Below, piece by piece: positions 1 through 9,437 of a stretch of DNA of 56,987 nucleotides. The DNA is from a virus. Its lineage: Duplodnaviria > Caudoviricetes. Position numbers and translations under genes: made by a program. Each line of letters starts with the position of its first letter. Position 1 is the first letter of the stretch. The notes under the pieces are model-generated. The model searched no databases. It saw nothing but the letters and a program-made list of their open reading frames with translations, and had not been told where the DNA came from. Location of the stretch: the IMG/VR virus record IMGVR_UViG_3300021964_000079, positions 1 to 56,987 of that record, one strand, 5' to 3'.

Positions 1-1290
1 ATTGTAATTTGTGATAGTAGATTGTACAAGTGTCTCTAACGATTCTCTAGAATTTGTTGTTTTGTTACTATCGAATTTAAAATTGACGTTAAGGATAATG
101 TTTAGAGTTTCTGCATCTACGACTACGGGAGTAATAGACGCTACAGTGTACGGAGACAAATCTGTTACTAACTGTGCCTTTTGAATTTCATTTAGATTTA
201 GTCCTGTGGTTGACTTAACACTAATGAAAATTTTACCATACTCTGCAACATCAGACACACCAGTAACCGGATTAAATGAACCATCCTCGCCACCCCAAAC
301 AGAAACCGCTTGAGTGTTTGCGAACAACTGTTTAACATATGTCTTATAATCTTCTGTTGTAACACATCTTCCCTGCGATGCATAATCCAGAGGTGCGTTG
401 TACTTGATGGACTCAATACTTTCTGGTTCTGATCCACCATCAGAAATTGAAACAGTAACAACATTAACACTATTGACCGTATCGATTGCAGAAGATGAAG
501 TAAACGTACTTGCACCGTTAGCTGCGCCCTTATTAGTCACAACATATTGCATGATAATAATATTACCATCTTCTATCGCAGAACCCAGAATACCGTCACC
601 AAAATAAATTTCATACTGACCATCCTCAACCTCTTGAATAAAATATACATTCGATGTAGAGGTTAGTCCAGAAATATCTGTTGCTTGAGTAAAGGTTGTC
701 TGTATGGTATCCGTTGCAGAGTTTTGAACTATAACCGAAAGGGTTGTTGTATCTGCACGATCATCATTGATTAGAAACCTCTGTTCAACATTCTGAGTAT
801 CAGCAACGTATCGACTTGAAACATAACTTCCCTCATAAATTCTAACGTCATCAAAGACAATGTTTGAACCACTGTTAGATGAAGTTACATCAGATATGGT
901 TACAAACTGATAAGATACATCATCAACACTAGCACTGAACACTGTTCCTGCTGGCATAGTTGCACTTACATTCGTTGTGTTAAGAAAAATGTCAACAACT
1001 GCGTTAGATGCTGTTGCAGAACGAGTGGTGTATCCCAAGGTCTTCGCATGAGAAACTACACTTGACCTCAGTTGAGAAGAGTCAAGGAACATTTCATTTG
1101 CAAGCATGTTCGCATTGAAACCAAGATAGTGTGTATTATATGCAAGAACATCCAGAAGGGCAGATAGACCAGAGCCTTCGAAGTCATAGTCCTTGAACTC
1201 TGTCTGATTTCGCATGAAAAGTTTTAGGTTATCCTTAACCTCATCAAAGTCAAATTCTGTTACACTGAGTCTTTTTCTAGTCGCTGCCAT
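1..1290 (-). CDS. gp6: Baseplate wedge subunit gp6 (3' part runs off the window)
   Basis: Manual translation from ATG 1290: MAATRKRLSVTEFDFDEVKDNLK...DYDFEGSGLSALLDVLAYNTHY...EMFLDS, the typical T4 gp6 N-terminus; follows gp25. Confidence 0.9.
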   Translation of the reverse strand, partial: MAATRKRLSVTEFDFDEVKDNLKLFMRNQTEFKDYDFEGSGLSALLDVLAYNTHYLGFNANMLANEMFLDSSQLRSSVVSHAKTLGYTTRSATASNAVVDIFLNTTNVSATMPAGTVFSASVDDVSYQFVTISDVTSSNSGSNIVFDDVRIYEGSYVSSRYVADTQNVEQRFLINDDRADTTTLSVIVQNSATDTIQTTFTQATDISGLTSTSNVYFIQEVEDGQYEIYFGDGILGSAIEDGNIIIMQYVVTNKGAANGASTFTSSSAIDTVNSVNVVTVSISDGGSEPESIESIKYNAPLDYASQGRCVTTEDYKTYVKQLFANTQAVSVWGGEDGSFNPVTGVSDVAEYGKIFISVKSTTGLNLNEIQKAQLVTDLSPYTVASITPVVVDAETLNIILNVNFKFDSNKTTNSRESLETLVQSTITNYN

Positions 1291-1733
1291 TATCGTAATC
1301 TCTCTAATAGAACTTCCATATTCACAAGTTCTGTTGGGGCGTTAACAACATAAAACTCAATAGTAACATTATATGCATTGTTGTCAAGATTAGGTTGAGC
1401 TCGAACTCCAACGAGTCTAGCTCTTGGTTCAAAGTTCTCAATCACCTCTTCGATCTTCATAGTTAGAACATATGCAGTGATTGGCGTCATAGGTTCAAAT
1501 AGAATATCTCTTACACCAGAACCAATCTCTGGGTGAAAGGGTTTCTCATAGAAGTTAGTTAGAACAAGATTTCTGACAGATCGTTTGACGGCCGTAAAAT
1601 CTGTTACCTTGTTGATATCATTTGTTCCCGTCTTAGGTCCAAAAAACAAATCTATATCGGAATACAGTTGAGCAGCTCGTTCTTGTCCCTGATATGTACC
1701 GTCAGTATATGCGTCTTTAGCGCTCATGAGCAT
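1290..1733 (-). CDS. gp25: Baseplate wedge subunit gp25
   Basis: YSDIDL...AVKRSVRNLVLTNFYEKPFHPEIGS...LFE...ENFEPR, gp25/GPW motif. Confidence 0.9.
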   Translation of the reverse strand: MLMSAKDAYTDGTYQGQERAAQLYSDIDLFFGPKTGTNDINKVTDFTAVKRSVRNLVLTNFYEKPFHPEIGSGVRDILFEPMTPITAYVLTMKIEEVIENFEPRARLVGVRAQPNLDNNAYNVTIEFYVVNAPTELVNMEVLLERLR

Positions 1734-1746
1734 TCCTCTTTATTAT

Positions 1747-1754
1747 TATTTATA
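1747..1754 (-). promoter_or_regulatory. T4-type late promoter TATAAATA
   Basis: Exact consensus just upstream of gp25. Confidence 0.75.
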
Positions 1755-2031
1755 CATTTTCTGATGTATTATGTTTCATAATAAACTTATTATTAAACTT
1801 CCAAACGTCCTTTGCATTGACTCGAAGAAATCGTTTGTTTGTTTCATTTGTATTTGGGTTAGGAATAGTCACCATGACATTCTTACCCCTCTTAAAAGCA
1901 TCAATCTGATTATTCAACCGTGCAAGATCATTCTGCAAGTAATCTCTACGAAGTGCTTTACTCACATCTTTGCTTACGTTATTGCGTTCACCCTTTGATG
2001 TTTGTGTAGCCCTTGATTTTTTCTTTCCCAT
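1750..2031 (-). CDS. Conserved basic hypothetical protein of T4-like marine phages
   Basis: 93-aa ORF with VTIPNPN..ETNKRF motif; AAAGGAG RBS. Confidence 0.7.
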   Translation of the reverse strand: MGKKKSRATQTSKGERNNVSKDVSKALRRDYLQNDLARLNNQIDAFKRGKNVMVTIPNPNTNETNKRFLRVNAKDVWKFNNKFIMKHNTSENV

Positions 2032-2067
2032 AATATAACTCCTTTATGTGTGTTTGTATTTATGTCT

Positions 2068-3336
2068 TTAAGTTTGTGGTTCTGGGTCATAGTTATCTAA
2101 GTATTCATATTCTATGAGTGCTGCAAAACCCCCGAAAGCTTTATTCAAAGATTTGTCTTCCAGAAATCTTCCGGGCCCAAATACGCTATCTTTTCTTACA
2201 GATGCGGGAAATCGTCCATAACATCGAAATACGCCTTTTACGTTGAGAATTTCATTATCAACACTAACAATATTGCCGGGGTGATCTTCCAATAATGATC
2301 CCGGCATAGAGAATATCAATTCTTTCCCATCAACTTTTACGTTTTGAGAACCTGTGCCACCCCCAGATGTATTAATCCACGGATACATATGTGGTCCATA
2401 ATAACTATTATAATGTGTACCGATAATTTTTTGATTAGTCGAACCCTCCTCTGGTACTACGAGAAGGTTTTTCATATTATCTCCAAGGTATAAATAAATA
2501 GCAATTTTGTCTATTGGTTGATTCTTTAATGTAACTTTCAATGAGAATAGTTCACCAAAGCTTCCATCTTTACCAAGATTTGTTATTTGAGATAATTTAA
2601 TCTTCTCTAACACAGATGCTCTTCTATTAGGTATGCCCCCATCAGGAGAAAAGGTTTTTCCTGATCCAACTGGCGCAACATTTACATCTCCTCCAGCTGG
2701 ACTTTTGATTGTTTTATCTGCCTTTACAACTGTTATTGCACCACTATCTTCAGTTGGTGCTTTATTAGTAACCGCATAAGCTTCCGTCTTTTGTTTATTA
2801 TCGGCAACTGCTGCTGTAACAGTTGCATTATCGTTTGATACCGAGGCGGCTTCAGTTACGGCAGGTGCAGCTGCTTGTTTTGGTGCAATAGGTTTTTGCA
2901 CTGCTGGTTCAGTACTCCCCGCATCTTTCTCAAGATTAGGAACGATAGCACAAATATCACCACCACCTGATATTGCCGAGGTAGCACTACTAACAAGACT
3001 ATCCAATTCTAAACCCGCAGCCTTGATGTCATCTTCAAACTCTGTTTTAATTTTTGCAAGAGCAGAAAGAAAAGATGGAGTGCCGGGTATCTGTGAGGCA
3101 AGCCCTGCTATCTCTGCTTGTAAATTTAACTTCGGTAGAGTTGGTATCTCAATTGATTGAAGTTTATCCTTCAGACCCGCAAGTTCATTCTGAGCTTCTC
3201 CAAACGCAGCTGCAGCAGTAGATGCAGCTTCATCAAGTTTTGCCTTTGCGTCTGCTTTCGCATCAGCAAGTTTAGATAGAACATCATTCAGTTCTGGACT
3301 AGCACCACATATATTTGGAATTTTAAAATCAACCAT
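2068..3336 (-). CDS. Hypothetical protein, probably virion-associated (helical N-terminus, Ala/Pro-rich linker)
   Basis: 422-aa ORF directly after PAAR in the baseplate operon. Confidence 0.6.
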   Translation of the reverse strand: MVDFKIPNICGASPELNDVLSKLADAKADAKAKLDEAASTAAAAFGEAQNELAGLKDKLQSIEIPTLPKLNLQAEIAGLASQIPGTPSFLSALAKIKTEFEDDIKAAGLELDSLVSSATSAISGGGDICAIVPNLEKDAGSTEPAVQKPIAPKQAAAPAVTEAASVSNDNATVTAAVADNKQKTEAYAVTNKAPTEDSGAITVVKADKTIKSPAGGDVNVAPVGSGKTFSPDGGIPNRRASVLEKIKLSQITNLGKDGSFGELFSLKVTLKNQPIDKIAIYLYLGDNMKNLLVVPEEGSTNQKIIGTHYNSYYGPHMYPWINTSGGGTGSQNVKVDGKELIFSMPGSLLEDHPGNIVSVDNEILNVKGVFRCYGRFPASVRKDSVFGPGRFLEDKSLNKAFGGFAALIEYEYLDNYDPEPQT

Positions 3337-3337
3337 T

Positions 3338-3601
3338 CTAATCTCCTACCGAAACTGTGCTGGAACCACTTGCAGCATGACCACACGTTGCAAGGTCACC
3401 AGCATTACATACCGCAATACCACCAATAAAAACACTATCAGAACCAGCAATCATAGTTGGTGCATCATGGGGCGAGTCGCCATGTGCTGTGACAGAATCA
3501 CCATGCACAATTACATTTTTACCATTTGCAAACACGGTTGATTGAGATTTAATCAATGCTCCTCCAGCGGCATCGTCTGCATCTCTACATATACCCGGCA
3601 T
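3338..3601 (-). CDS. PAAR-domain spike tip protein (gp5.4-like)
   Basis: 87 aa with repeated TVF.NG..V..GD / CGH PAAR pattern, downstream of gp5. Confidence 0.85.
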   Translation of the reverse strand: MPGICRDADDAAGGALIKSQSTVFANGKNVIVHGDSVTAHGDSPHDAPTMIAGSDSVFIGGIAVCNAGDLATCGHAASGSSTVSVGD

Positions 3602-3610
3602 CGTTGTCTC

Positions 3611-5149
3611 CTATGGGTTCATCTGAATTTCAGAACCAACAATTGTTGCAATACCTGTAGATGTATGCGACCATGTTGTTCCTGTGGTGCTTGTCCATGA
3701 CGTACCGACGATTTGACTCAAAGTATTCTTAGATTCTATTTTCATTAATGCGTCCAACGGTCCGTTCGATGGAGAAACAGCGTTCTCCATCACGATTGTC
3801 ATATCCGCAGCTGATTTTATGTTCAATGTGTCACCAGATTTAATAGACATGATACCTGATATAGTTGTCTGCGATATATTGGTCTTTGCAAGCACGGTGT
3901 AGTTAGAATTAGTTGATATGAAAACACCATCACCACCCTCGTTTGAACCCATCTCCTTACCCGTAACATCCAAATCATATCCACCACCAACAATTTGAAT
4001 TTTAGATTTCTCAAAGGTGACAACCGAATCACCACCGACTCTACCTTTGATATCATCGTTGATATTGAAAGAATGATTGCCGATAATCTCTTCTTCACGA
4101 TTACCGCCCGGACCTTTTGGATGTGCATCGTTTGCAGCACCTACCTTGACACGATGGTTCTTATGAATCTTCTGAACGAAGTCTCCTTCAATCTCCTGTA
4201 TGTAGTCACCCTTAATGAGCTCTCTTACTGAACCCTCAACTGTGATGTTCTGAGAACCCTTGATGACAATGTTCTCACTACCAATCACAATCTCGTAGTT
4301 ATCACCGACAATCTTGGTGACAACAGAACCGTCAGGGTGAATCTCTTCAAATGTTCCTGCCATGTGCTGGCGAAACATTCTTTCTGCGCCGGGGCTATCA
4401 TCAACTTCCGTAATGTGACCAGACTCAGATTCAAATACATGGTTGTAGGGATAGACACCAGAAATATATGGGTTTGCATCTTCAATAATACCCTTGGGAT
4501 GTGGCTCTTCCCAGAATCCCCGTGTTTCATCTTCTTTTAATTCATCGCTGACAGTTTTTATGTTTGGTTTGGTTGCAGTAGGAATACCCGTATTGCTATC
4601 ATCTTCGTCATTAGACTCGACAGGATCACCACGCAACCGGCTCAGTCTACGAGAAATAAGAGACTGATGTGATTCTGATGCTCTACCCCTAGCTAAACGA
4701 CTAGTATCTGATTCACCGATACCATGACCAGAGTGAGTTATAGTGCCGGGATATGGACCATATTTTGGTTCAAACTGAAATCCTTTTTGGGATGAACCTT
4801 TTCCTCTTGGATCATTAAATCCTTCAGATGTACTAGCACTTTCTTCTGGAATACCCGGCAATGTACCCATGATAACAGGTTGCTGTGCTTCAGTGTCCCT
4901 AAAGAACCCAACAACCCACGAACCCTGTGTTAGAAATGACGGTGTGTGACCTAACCCCTGCATAGAAGGATCAGTTACAGGGTGCATCACATGCGCCCAC
5001 GGTAAGTCAATAGTCTTAACCTGAGTCAAGTCATCACTGTGCCGTCCAAGCACACGAACACGAACCCTACCCAATTGAGCAGGATCGTTCCTGTCTTCAA
5101 CCACACCAACGAACCAACTGAAACCGTCTTTACCCATGAAATCTTGCAT
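3611..5149 (-). CDS. gp5: Baseplate hub/spike protein gp5 (no lysozyme domain evident)
   Basis: WFVGVVEDRNDPAQLGRVRVR OB-fold, YPYNHVFESESGH..E.DD.PG.ER, C-terminal beta-helix repeats. Confidence 0.92.
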   Translation of the reverse strand: MQDFMGKDGFSWFVGVVEDRNDPAQLGRVRVRVLGRHSDDLTQVKTIDLPWAHVMHPVTDPSMQGLGHTPSFLTQGSWVVGFFRDTEAQQPVIMGTLPGIPEESASTSEGFNDPRGKGSSQKGFQFEPKYGPYPGTITHSGHGIGESDTSRLARGRASESHQSLISRRLSRLRGDPVESNDEDDSNTGIPTATKPNIKTVSDELKEDETRGFWEEPHPKGIIEDANPYISGVYPYNHVFESESGHITEVDDSPGAERMFRQHMAGTFEEIHPDGSVVTKIVGDNYEIVIGSENIVIKGSQNITVEGSVRELIKGDYIQEIEGDFVQKIHKNHRVKVGAANDAHPKGPGGNREEEIIGNHSFNINDDIKGRVGGDSVVTFEKSKIQIVGGGYDLDVTGKEMGSNEGGDGVFISTNSNYTVLAKTNISQTTISGIMSIKSGDTLNIKSAADMTIVMENAVSPSNGPLDALMKIESKNTLSQIVGTSWTSTTGTTWSHTSTGIATIVGSEIQMNP

Positions 5150-5154
5150 GGAAC

Positions 5155-5162
5155 TATTTATA
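5155..5162 (-). promoter_or_regulatory. T4-type late promoter TATAAATA
   Basis: Exact consensus 5 nt before the gp5 ATG. Confidence 0.75.
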
Positions 5163-5167
5163 ATAGT

Positions 5168-5344
5168 TTAGTGAAGGTCTGGATCACGCCCCATGCGTTT
5201 TTCAACATGCGACCAGTTGTATTCCTCTATGTCATAAAGGATATCTGGATTGTTTTGTCTTAATATTTCAACACAAGTCAAGGCTTCTTCTTGATCCATG
5301 TTATCAGCAATTACTTCTTTTGAAAAGACTCTGTACTTAATCAT
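5168..5344 (-). CDS. Small hypothetical protein (58 aa, ends GRDPDLH)
   Basis: Manual translation MIKYRVFSKEVIADN...; AGGAG RBS. Confidence 0.6.
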   Translation of the reverse strand: MIKYRVFSKEVIADNMDQEEALTCVEILRQNNPDILYDIEEYNWSHVEKRMGRDPDLH

Positions 5345-5898
5345 GATGAACTCCTTTTTGAGATCACCAAATGCGTTCTGTCAGGTCCACAGTTAACAAA
5401 ACTGTGGAGAATTGTAGTATCAACCTCATAGAGAAAACCATCAGCGGGTATATGCATTATCTCATTCAACGTAGGAAATATAAAGTAAGCATTTGGATTA
5501 GTTATAAGAGCCAGATGATAACGAGGCGCTTGGTCTTTGTGTACGGAATATGCAGTGCAAGAATTCATATGCATAATCCTAGCACGTTCACCATTTACAT
5601 CCTGTATTATGTCAGCAAAAACTGTGCCTTCATAAACTTCATTTAATACTGTATATTCTGACTGATCCTTTATGATACGGTCTTTCTTCTCACGGTGTTC
5701 ACCAGCTCCATCTGTATATGGATTAACAACAGACTTGTTACTACGTTGTATACAAGTCTGTCGCCTTTGTCCATATATACCAGTGCCTTCAAGTTCATCA
5801 TTGTCATACAGTGCATCTCCTACACGCAGCTGTATGAGTTCCCACTCAACTAGACATCTATTCATATCATAGCAGTGATTTGTTTTTCTTATTGTCAT
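5341..5898 (-). CDS. Asp/Asn beta-hydroxylase-like 2OG-Fe(II)/cupin protein
   Basis: RARIM...YSVHKD...RYHL...H.F.N.G...R.HLV (HxD...H) pattern. Confidence 0.65.
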   Translation of the reverse strand: MTIRKTNHCYDMNRCLVEWELIQLRVGDALYDNDELEGTGIYGQRRQTCIQRSNKSVVNPYTDGAGEHREKKDRIIKDQSEYTVLNEVYEGTVFADIIQDVNGERARIMHMNSCTAYSVHKDQAPRYHLALITNPNAYFIFPTLNEIMHIPADGFLYEVDTTILHSFVNCGPDRTHLVISKRSSS

Positions 5899-5908
5899 GG
5901 TGGGTTAT

Positions 5909-6178
5909 TTAGACAGTTCCAATCAACTCATTAGGAAGAATGTAATCAAAATTTGCAAGACCAGCAGTATTGCCCTTGGTAATTTCAATATAGACAGAGT
6001 TCAAAGACTTCTCCTTGAACTCAACATACTTCTTTAGCTTCTTGGATTTGTACATAAACACCCCATCCTTCAACTTAATGTCATCATACGAGTCTTTATC
6101 AGAACCAACAGCAGTCAAAATCCCCGTAAGGATTTCACCAAAGTCACCGTTATATACAACTTCATCACCGATATTCAT
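5909..6178 (-). CDS. Hypothetical protein
   Basis: 89-aa ORF, co-oriented, RBS present. Confidence 0.6.
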   Translation of the reverse strand: MNIGDEVVYNGDFGEILTGILTAVGSDKDSYDDIKLKDGVFMYKSKKLKKYVEFKEKSLNSVYIEITKGNTAGLANFDYILPNELIGTV

Positions 6179-6189
6179 TTTTTCGTTCC

Positions 6190-6393
6190 TTATAGATATT
6201 CAAACTTAGTTGTTACAATGGGTTCAATCTTTTCACCCACTGGCCTTCCATGACGATCAATCAATCGTGTCTCAGTCGTCACCATTCGTATTCGCCTTGA
6301 CTTTCGACGGTCAGCACCTGTAGTGTCGTAGTCAATCTCTTCGAAATACTCAGTCGTCACTATCTTGAACGGTTTCGTCATTTCCTGCTCCAT
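6190..6393 (-). CDS. Hypothetical protein
   Basis: 67-aa ORF overlapping the uvsX 3' end. Confidence 0.5.
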   Translation of the reverse strand: MEQEMTKPFKIVTTEYFEEIDYDTTGADRRKSRRIRMVTTETRLIDRHGRPVGEKIEPIVTTKFEYL

Positions 6394-7396
6394 ATTTAAA
6401 CTCCGTTTCGGCTGCGAGGTTCAGCTTGTGCATGATATCCTCAGTGAAGTAGGTTTCTGGGTCATTGAGTATCGCTTTACCAAACTGCTTTGACCCGTCA
6501 GGCAGTTCATACCGTGTTGATACCTTCTTAAATATCTCATACTTCTCTGCCAGTTCCAGCAGACCGTAGTATCGATCCAATCCCCTGTCATAAGTCAGTC
6601 GCACATCCACCATCTTGTTCTCTTTGGTGAGTCGGGACTTGTGGTTCTTACAATGAATGATATTACCGATAACCTCTGTACCATCTTTCTCTTTCTTCTT
6701 GCTGAGGTAGATGATACTACTCGCCGCATACTTCAGACCAGAACCACCACCCATCTCCTTGGTAGAGAACAGGCCCATACTCTCATAAGTATGATTAGTT
6801 ACGACCATCGGGACTTTCGCTCGCCCGAGTTTCAGCGTCAGAACTCGAAACGCCGCTTTTAGCACTTGAGCTCTGGTCATGTCTCTGGTTTCTTTACCAT
6901 CCGTGGTGTCTTCGACTTCCTTCGTGGTAGATAACATACCCAGAGAGTCCAGACAGAGGAACAACGGCTTACGGTCACTCTCAGGCTGCGCCATGTAGTC
7001 GTCAATCACTCGAATTGCCTGTGTACGAAACTCCTGTACGGTTGTGACAGGAAAGATCACCATGCGTTTCGGATCAATTCCACGGTCCACCACCATGTTC
7101 TTGGTAATCGCACTTTCACTTTCGAAGTATATGACACCAGCGTCTGGGTCTGCATCCAGAAAGTTCTTTACGATACCCATAAGGAAATACGTCTTACCAG
7201 TTGCACTCTCTCCTGCAATCGCAGTAATCTTATTCGAGGGAAGTCCCCCATATATGGAACCACTCAGTAGTCCATTGAAGATATATGAGCCAGTATCAAT
7301 GAAACTGTCAACATCTCCTGCTTCAACACCGTCATCCACGATAGCTGCGTACTCATTACCAGCATTCTTGATAACGTCTCTTAGAAAATCACTCAT
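6350..7396 (-). CDS. uvsX: RecA-like recombinase UvsX
   Basis: Walker [30 protein letters not shown]; likely start MSDFL at 7396 after AGGAG. Confidence 0.95.
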   Translation of the reverse strand: MSDFLRDVIKNAGNEYAAIVDDGVEAGDVDSFIDTGSYIFNGLLSGSIYGGLPSNKITAIAGESATGKTYFLMGIVKNFLDADPDAGVIYFESESAITKNMVVDRGIDPKRMVIFPVTTVQEFRTQAIRVIDDYMAQPESDRKPLFLCLDSLGMLSTTKEVEDTTDGKETRDMTRAQVLKAAFRVLTLKLGRAKVPMVVTNHTYESMGLFSTKEMGGGSGLKYAASSIIYLSKKKEKDGTEVIGNIIHCKNHKSRLTKENKMVDVRLTYDRGLDRYYGLLELAEKYEIFKKVSTRYELPDGSKQFGKAILNDPETYFTEDIMHKLNLAAETEFKYGAGNDETVQDSDD

Positions 7397-7557
7397 ATAT
7401 TCGCTCCTAGTAAATAAAAGAATAGTATTGCTACCACTATATACCCTATTGCAAGAAATGTCAAGGTATAAAAGATATATTTTAAAGAAATAAGTGGATG
7501 TCTCACAAAGAAACAAACACAGAACCCGATTAGTAGTACTATTAGTATCGCTTCCAT
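7393..7557 (-). CDS. Small two-TM membrane protein (54 aa)
   Basis: Manual translation [54 protein letters not shown]. Confidence 0.5.
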   Translation of the reverse strand: MEAILIVLLIGFCVCFFVRHPLISLKYIFYTLTFLAIGYIVVAILFFYLLGANI

Positions 7558-7573
7558 AATATGTCCGGTTAAG

Positions 7574-7747
7574 TCAATCAGAGTCGCTCAGTTTTGGGGG
7601 TGGGGGTGTTTTAAACCAATTCGGGGTATGCCATGCATTGGTGTAGTTATTCTTGTACACCCTGTTACCATTACCATCATACATCCATTCCCTCTTATCA
7701 GGGTCAAGGTCGATTAGGTCAGGCCTGCGATATGGTTCATTATTCAT
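7574..7747 (-). CDS. Small hypothetical protein (57 aa)
   Basis: Manual translation MNNEPYRRPDLIDLDPDKREW...; coupled to the upstream ORF. Confidence 0.5.
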   Translation of the reverse strand: MNNEPYRRPDLIDLDPDKREWMYDGNGNRVYKNNYTNAWHTPNWFKTPPPPKLSDSD

Positions 7748-7892
7748 TGTTATTCTCTATAGCTTTAATACGAGATTGCATGTAGTCCGTAATCTCTGGG
7801 TTTATATTCAAGTTCATATCGGTAATTCTCTGTAGTTCCATTTTGAATACTGTAAGGGTGGGCATATCTGCACCGTTGATGTTAGCTGACAT
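7740..7892 (-). CDS. Small hypothetical protein (50 aa)
   Basis: Manual translation MSANINGADMPTL...; AAGGAG RBS. Confidence 0.55.
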   Translation of the reverse strand: MSANINGADMPTLTVFKMELQRITDMNLNINPEITDYMQSRIKAIENNNE

Positions 7893-8013
7893 AGGGGGGA
7901 AACTCCTTATAAGGGGTAGATAATTATATAGGGTAGTGCAAATGAAGTGCGCTGAGGTTTAGGGGGGGGGTGTCTGAAATAAATCTAGACGAATACTTGA
8001 CTCTTAATCATCT

Positions 8014-8181
8014 TTATACCAGAATCACCGCATTAATATCCAGAGCGTCAGCAAGCTGAATCACTGCTTCAGCAGCTGCCTTCTCTGCCTCTTCCTCAGT
8101 GCAACCCTTAGCAGCAAAGTCTGCCTTGTATTCAAAGAACTTGTTCTTTAGGAACTCACTCTCATAGAACTCATAACTCAT
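8014..8181 (-). CDS. Small hypothetical protein (55 aa)
   Basis: Manual translation MSYEFYESEFLKNKFFEYK...; GGAG RBS. Confidence 0.55.
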   Translation of the reverse strand: MSYEFYESEFLKNKFFEYKADFAAKGCTEEEAEKAAAEAVIQLADALDINAVILV

Positions 8182-8239
8182 TCATATGTCTCCATTAACT
8201 TATCCAGAGCATCAACAGCAGACTTCTCTGCCTTCACAC

Positions 8240-8629
8240 CTATTGCTTTACACCAGTAGTTCCATATAGGCCTTTTCGCCGTGCAATATCATCTTTAATC
8301 ATTTTGTTCATACCTTCAAGGGTCATGGGATAACCACGCATCTTGAGGATTTTTGCAATATTGGGAGTTACATAACCCTTTGTCTCAAGAACCTTCAGAG
8401 GAGCCATACCCTTGTTCTCCAAGAGATCGAAGTACTCATTCACAGTGAAGTTCTCACGAAGGAACTTCTTGAATGCAACCATTCCACCGTATTTGAACCG
8501 AGCAACGAAACGCTCAAACCCTTCGCCAGGCACCTGATAGAACAGGTATTCGCCGTTGTAGTAGAAGTTCTTGTTCACAAACTTGGTCATGTCTTTCTCC
8601 GTGTTTCTCATTATGTCTAACAGTACCAT
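8240..8629 (-). CDS. Hypothetical early protein (true start probably MTKFVN)
   Basis: ORF track; lies behind a sigma70-like promoter. Confidence 0.6.
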   Translation of the reverse strand: MVLLDIMRNTEKDMTKFVNKNFYYNGEYLFYQVPGEGFERFVARFKYGGMVAFKKFLRENFTVNEYFDLLENKGMAPLKVLETKGYVTPNIAKILKMRGYPMTLEGMNKMIKDDIARRKGLYGTTGVKQ

Positions 8630-8648
8630 ACTCAGAAAGGTTTGTCAA
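8620..8648 (-). promoter_or_regulatory. Sigma70-like early promoter
   Basis: TTGACA-17 nt-TACTGT with TGG extension. Confidence 0.65.
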
Positions 8649-8799
8649 TAAAATAATGCAGGGAAGTGCAAATAAAATGCTCTCAGTTTTAGGGGGGGTG
8701 TCTTGGAAATATTCACAGGAAAATATTACTTAGGGAAGTTATTGCATTTATAGATTAGGTATAGCGTTCCAGTTCTAACCCCCCCTTAGTCATATGAGA

Positions 8800-8965
8800 G
8801 GTAGAGAGAGGGGGAATCGAACCCCCTGTTAGGTAGTGTGAGCTACCTTGATATTGTCTCACAAACGATCCTGGCTTCATCCATCCCACTGTCAGCTTCA
8901 GAGCTCTAGCGCTCTTCAGTAGTCAGTCCAACAGGATATATATCATTCACTCGTCCAGACTCTCC
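8800..8965 (-). ncRNA. tRNA-like structured RNA with an enlarged anticodon arm (candidate)
   Basis: Acceptor GGAGAG/CTCTCT + ACC, perfect T-arm GGGGG-TTCGATT-CCCCC, variable-arm hairpin AGGTAG/CTACCT, nested stems TGATAT/ATATCA, ATCCTG/CAGGAT, CTACTG/CAGTGG, GAGC/GCTC; no ORF. Confidence 0.6.
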
Positions 8966-9043
8966 TCAATAAAAGAGAGAGTGTCAGTCCACCTAGCACT
9001 TCAGCAGTATACGTAAGACCATTCGGGACACTCTCTAAGACAA

Positions 9044-9235
9044 TCAGAAGAACTCTACACCATTAATGGCACGGTCCTCAAACTTATTCACAGCCTCATT
9101 AAAAGAGGCATCAAACACTTCACTCTCAGTGAAGTTCAACTTCTTCACCTCTACCTCATACTTGTAGTTCCCATACGCCCACAGGAAGACAGGAACGCCA
9201 TCAGTGGTATATCCTTTAGCAGCAAGAGTAGTCAT
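9044..9235 (-). CDS. Hypothetical early protein
   Basis: 63-aa ORF with GGAG RBS behind a promoter. Confidence 0.6.
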   Translation of the reverse strand: MTTLAAKGYTTDGVPVFLWAYGNYKYEVEVKKLNFTESEVFDASFNEAVNKFEDRAINGVEFF

Positions 9236-9268
9236 ATCGAAGTCTCCGTTGTTTTCTCAGTATATCTA

Positions 9269-9297
9269 ACTATACCATACGCAGCGGGTAATGTCAA
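9269..9297 (-). promoter_or_regulatory. Sigma70-like early promoter
   Basis: TTGACA-17 nt-TATAGT with TGG extension. Confidence 0.7.
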
Positions 9298-9437
9298 GAA
9301 GAATCTTCACGTTTCTCAAATAACTCTTCTACCCTCTTACGCCATGCCTTGAACTCTCGAAAGCCTCTGTCAGTCATACGCTCACCACTCTCCATGCAAT
9401 ACTCTGCATATATGTCACGATATTCCTGTTCATTCAT
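9294..9437 (-). CDS. Small hypothetical protein (47 aa)
   Basis: Manual translation MNEQEYRDIYAEYCMESGERMT... Confidence 0.5.
   Translation of the reverse strand: MNEQEYRDIYAEYCMESGERMTDRGFREFKAWRKRVEELFEKREDSS

Larger units (their letters stand above)
7931..8711. repeat. Dispersed imperfect ~50-bp repeat with a G-tract (7931-7981, 8661-8711; partial copy 7586-7615)
   Basis: GGGTAGTGCAAATGAAGTGCGCTGAGGTTTAG9TGTCTGAAATA vs GGGAAGTGCAAATAAAATGCTCTCAGTTTTAG7TGTCTTGGAAATA. Confidence 0.7.

Noticed and set aside
198-607. ORF-track entries 198..515 (-) and 398..607 (+)
   Set aside because: Shadow frames of gp6, which the track omits because it runs off the window
8890-8925. CUGAAGA-hairpin-UGAAG inside the tRNA-like RNA as a second hammerhead
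   Set aside because: No GAAA after stem II and no stem III or NUH site
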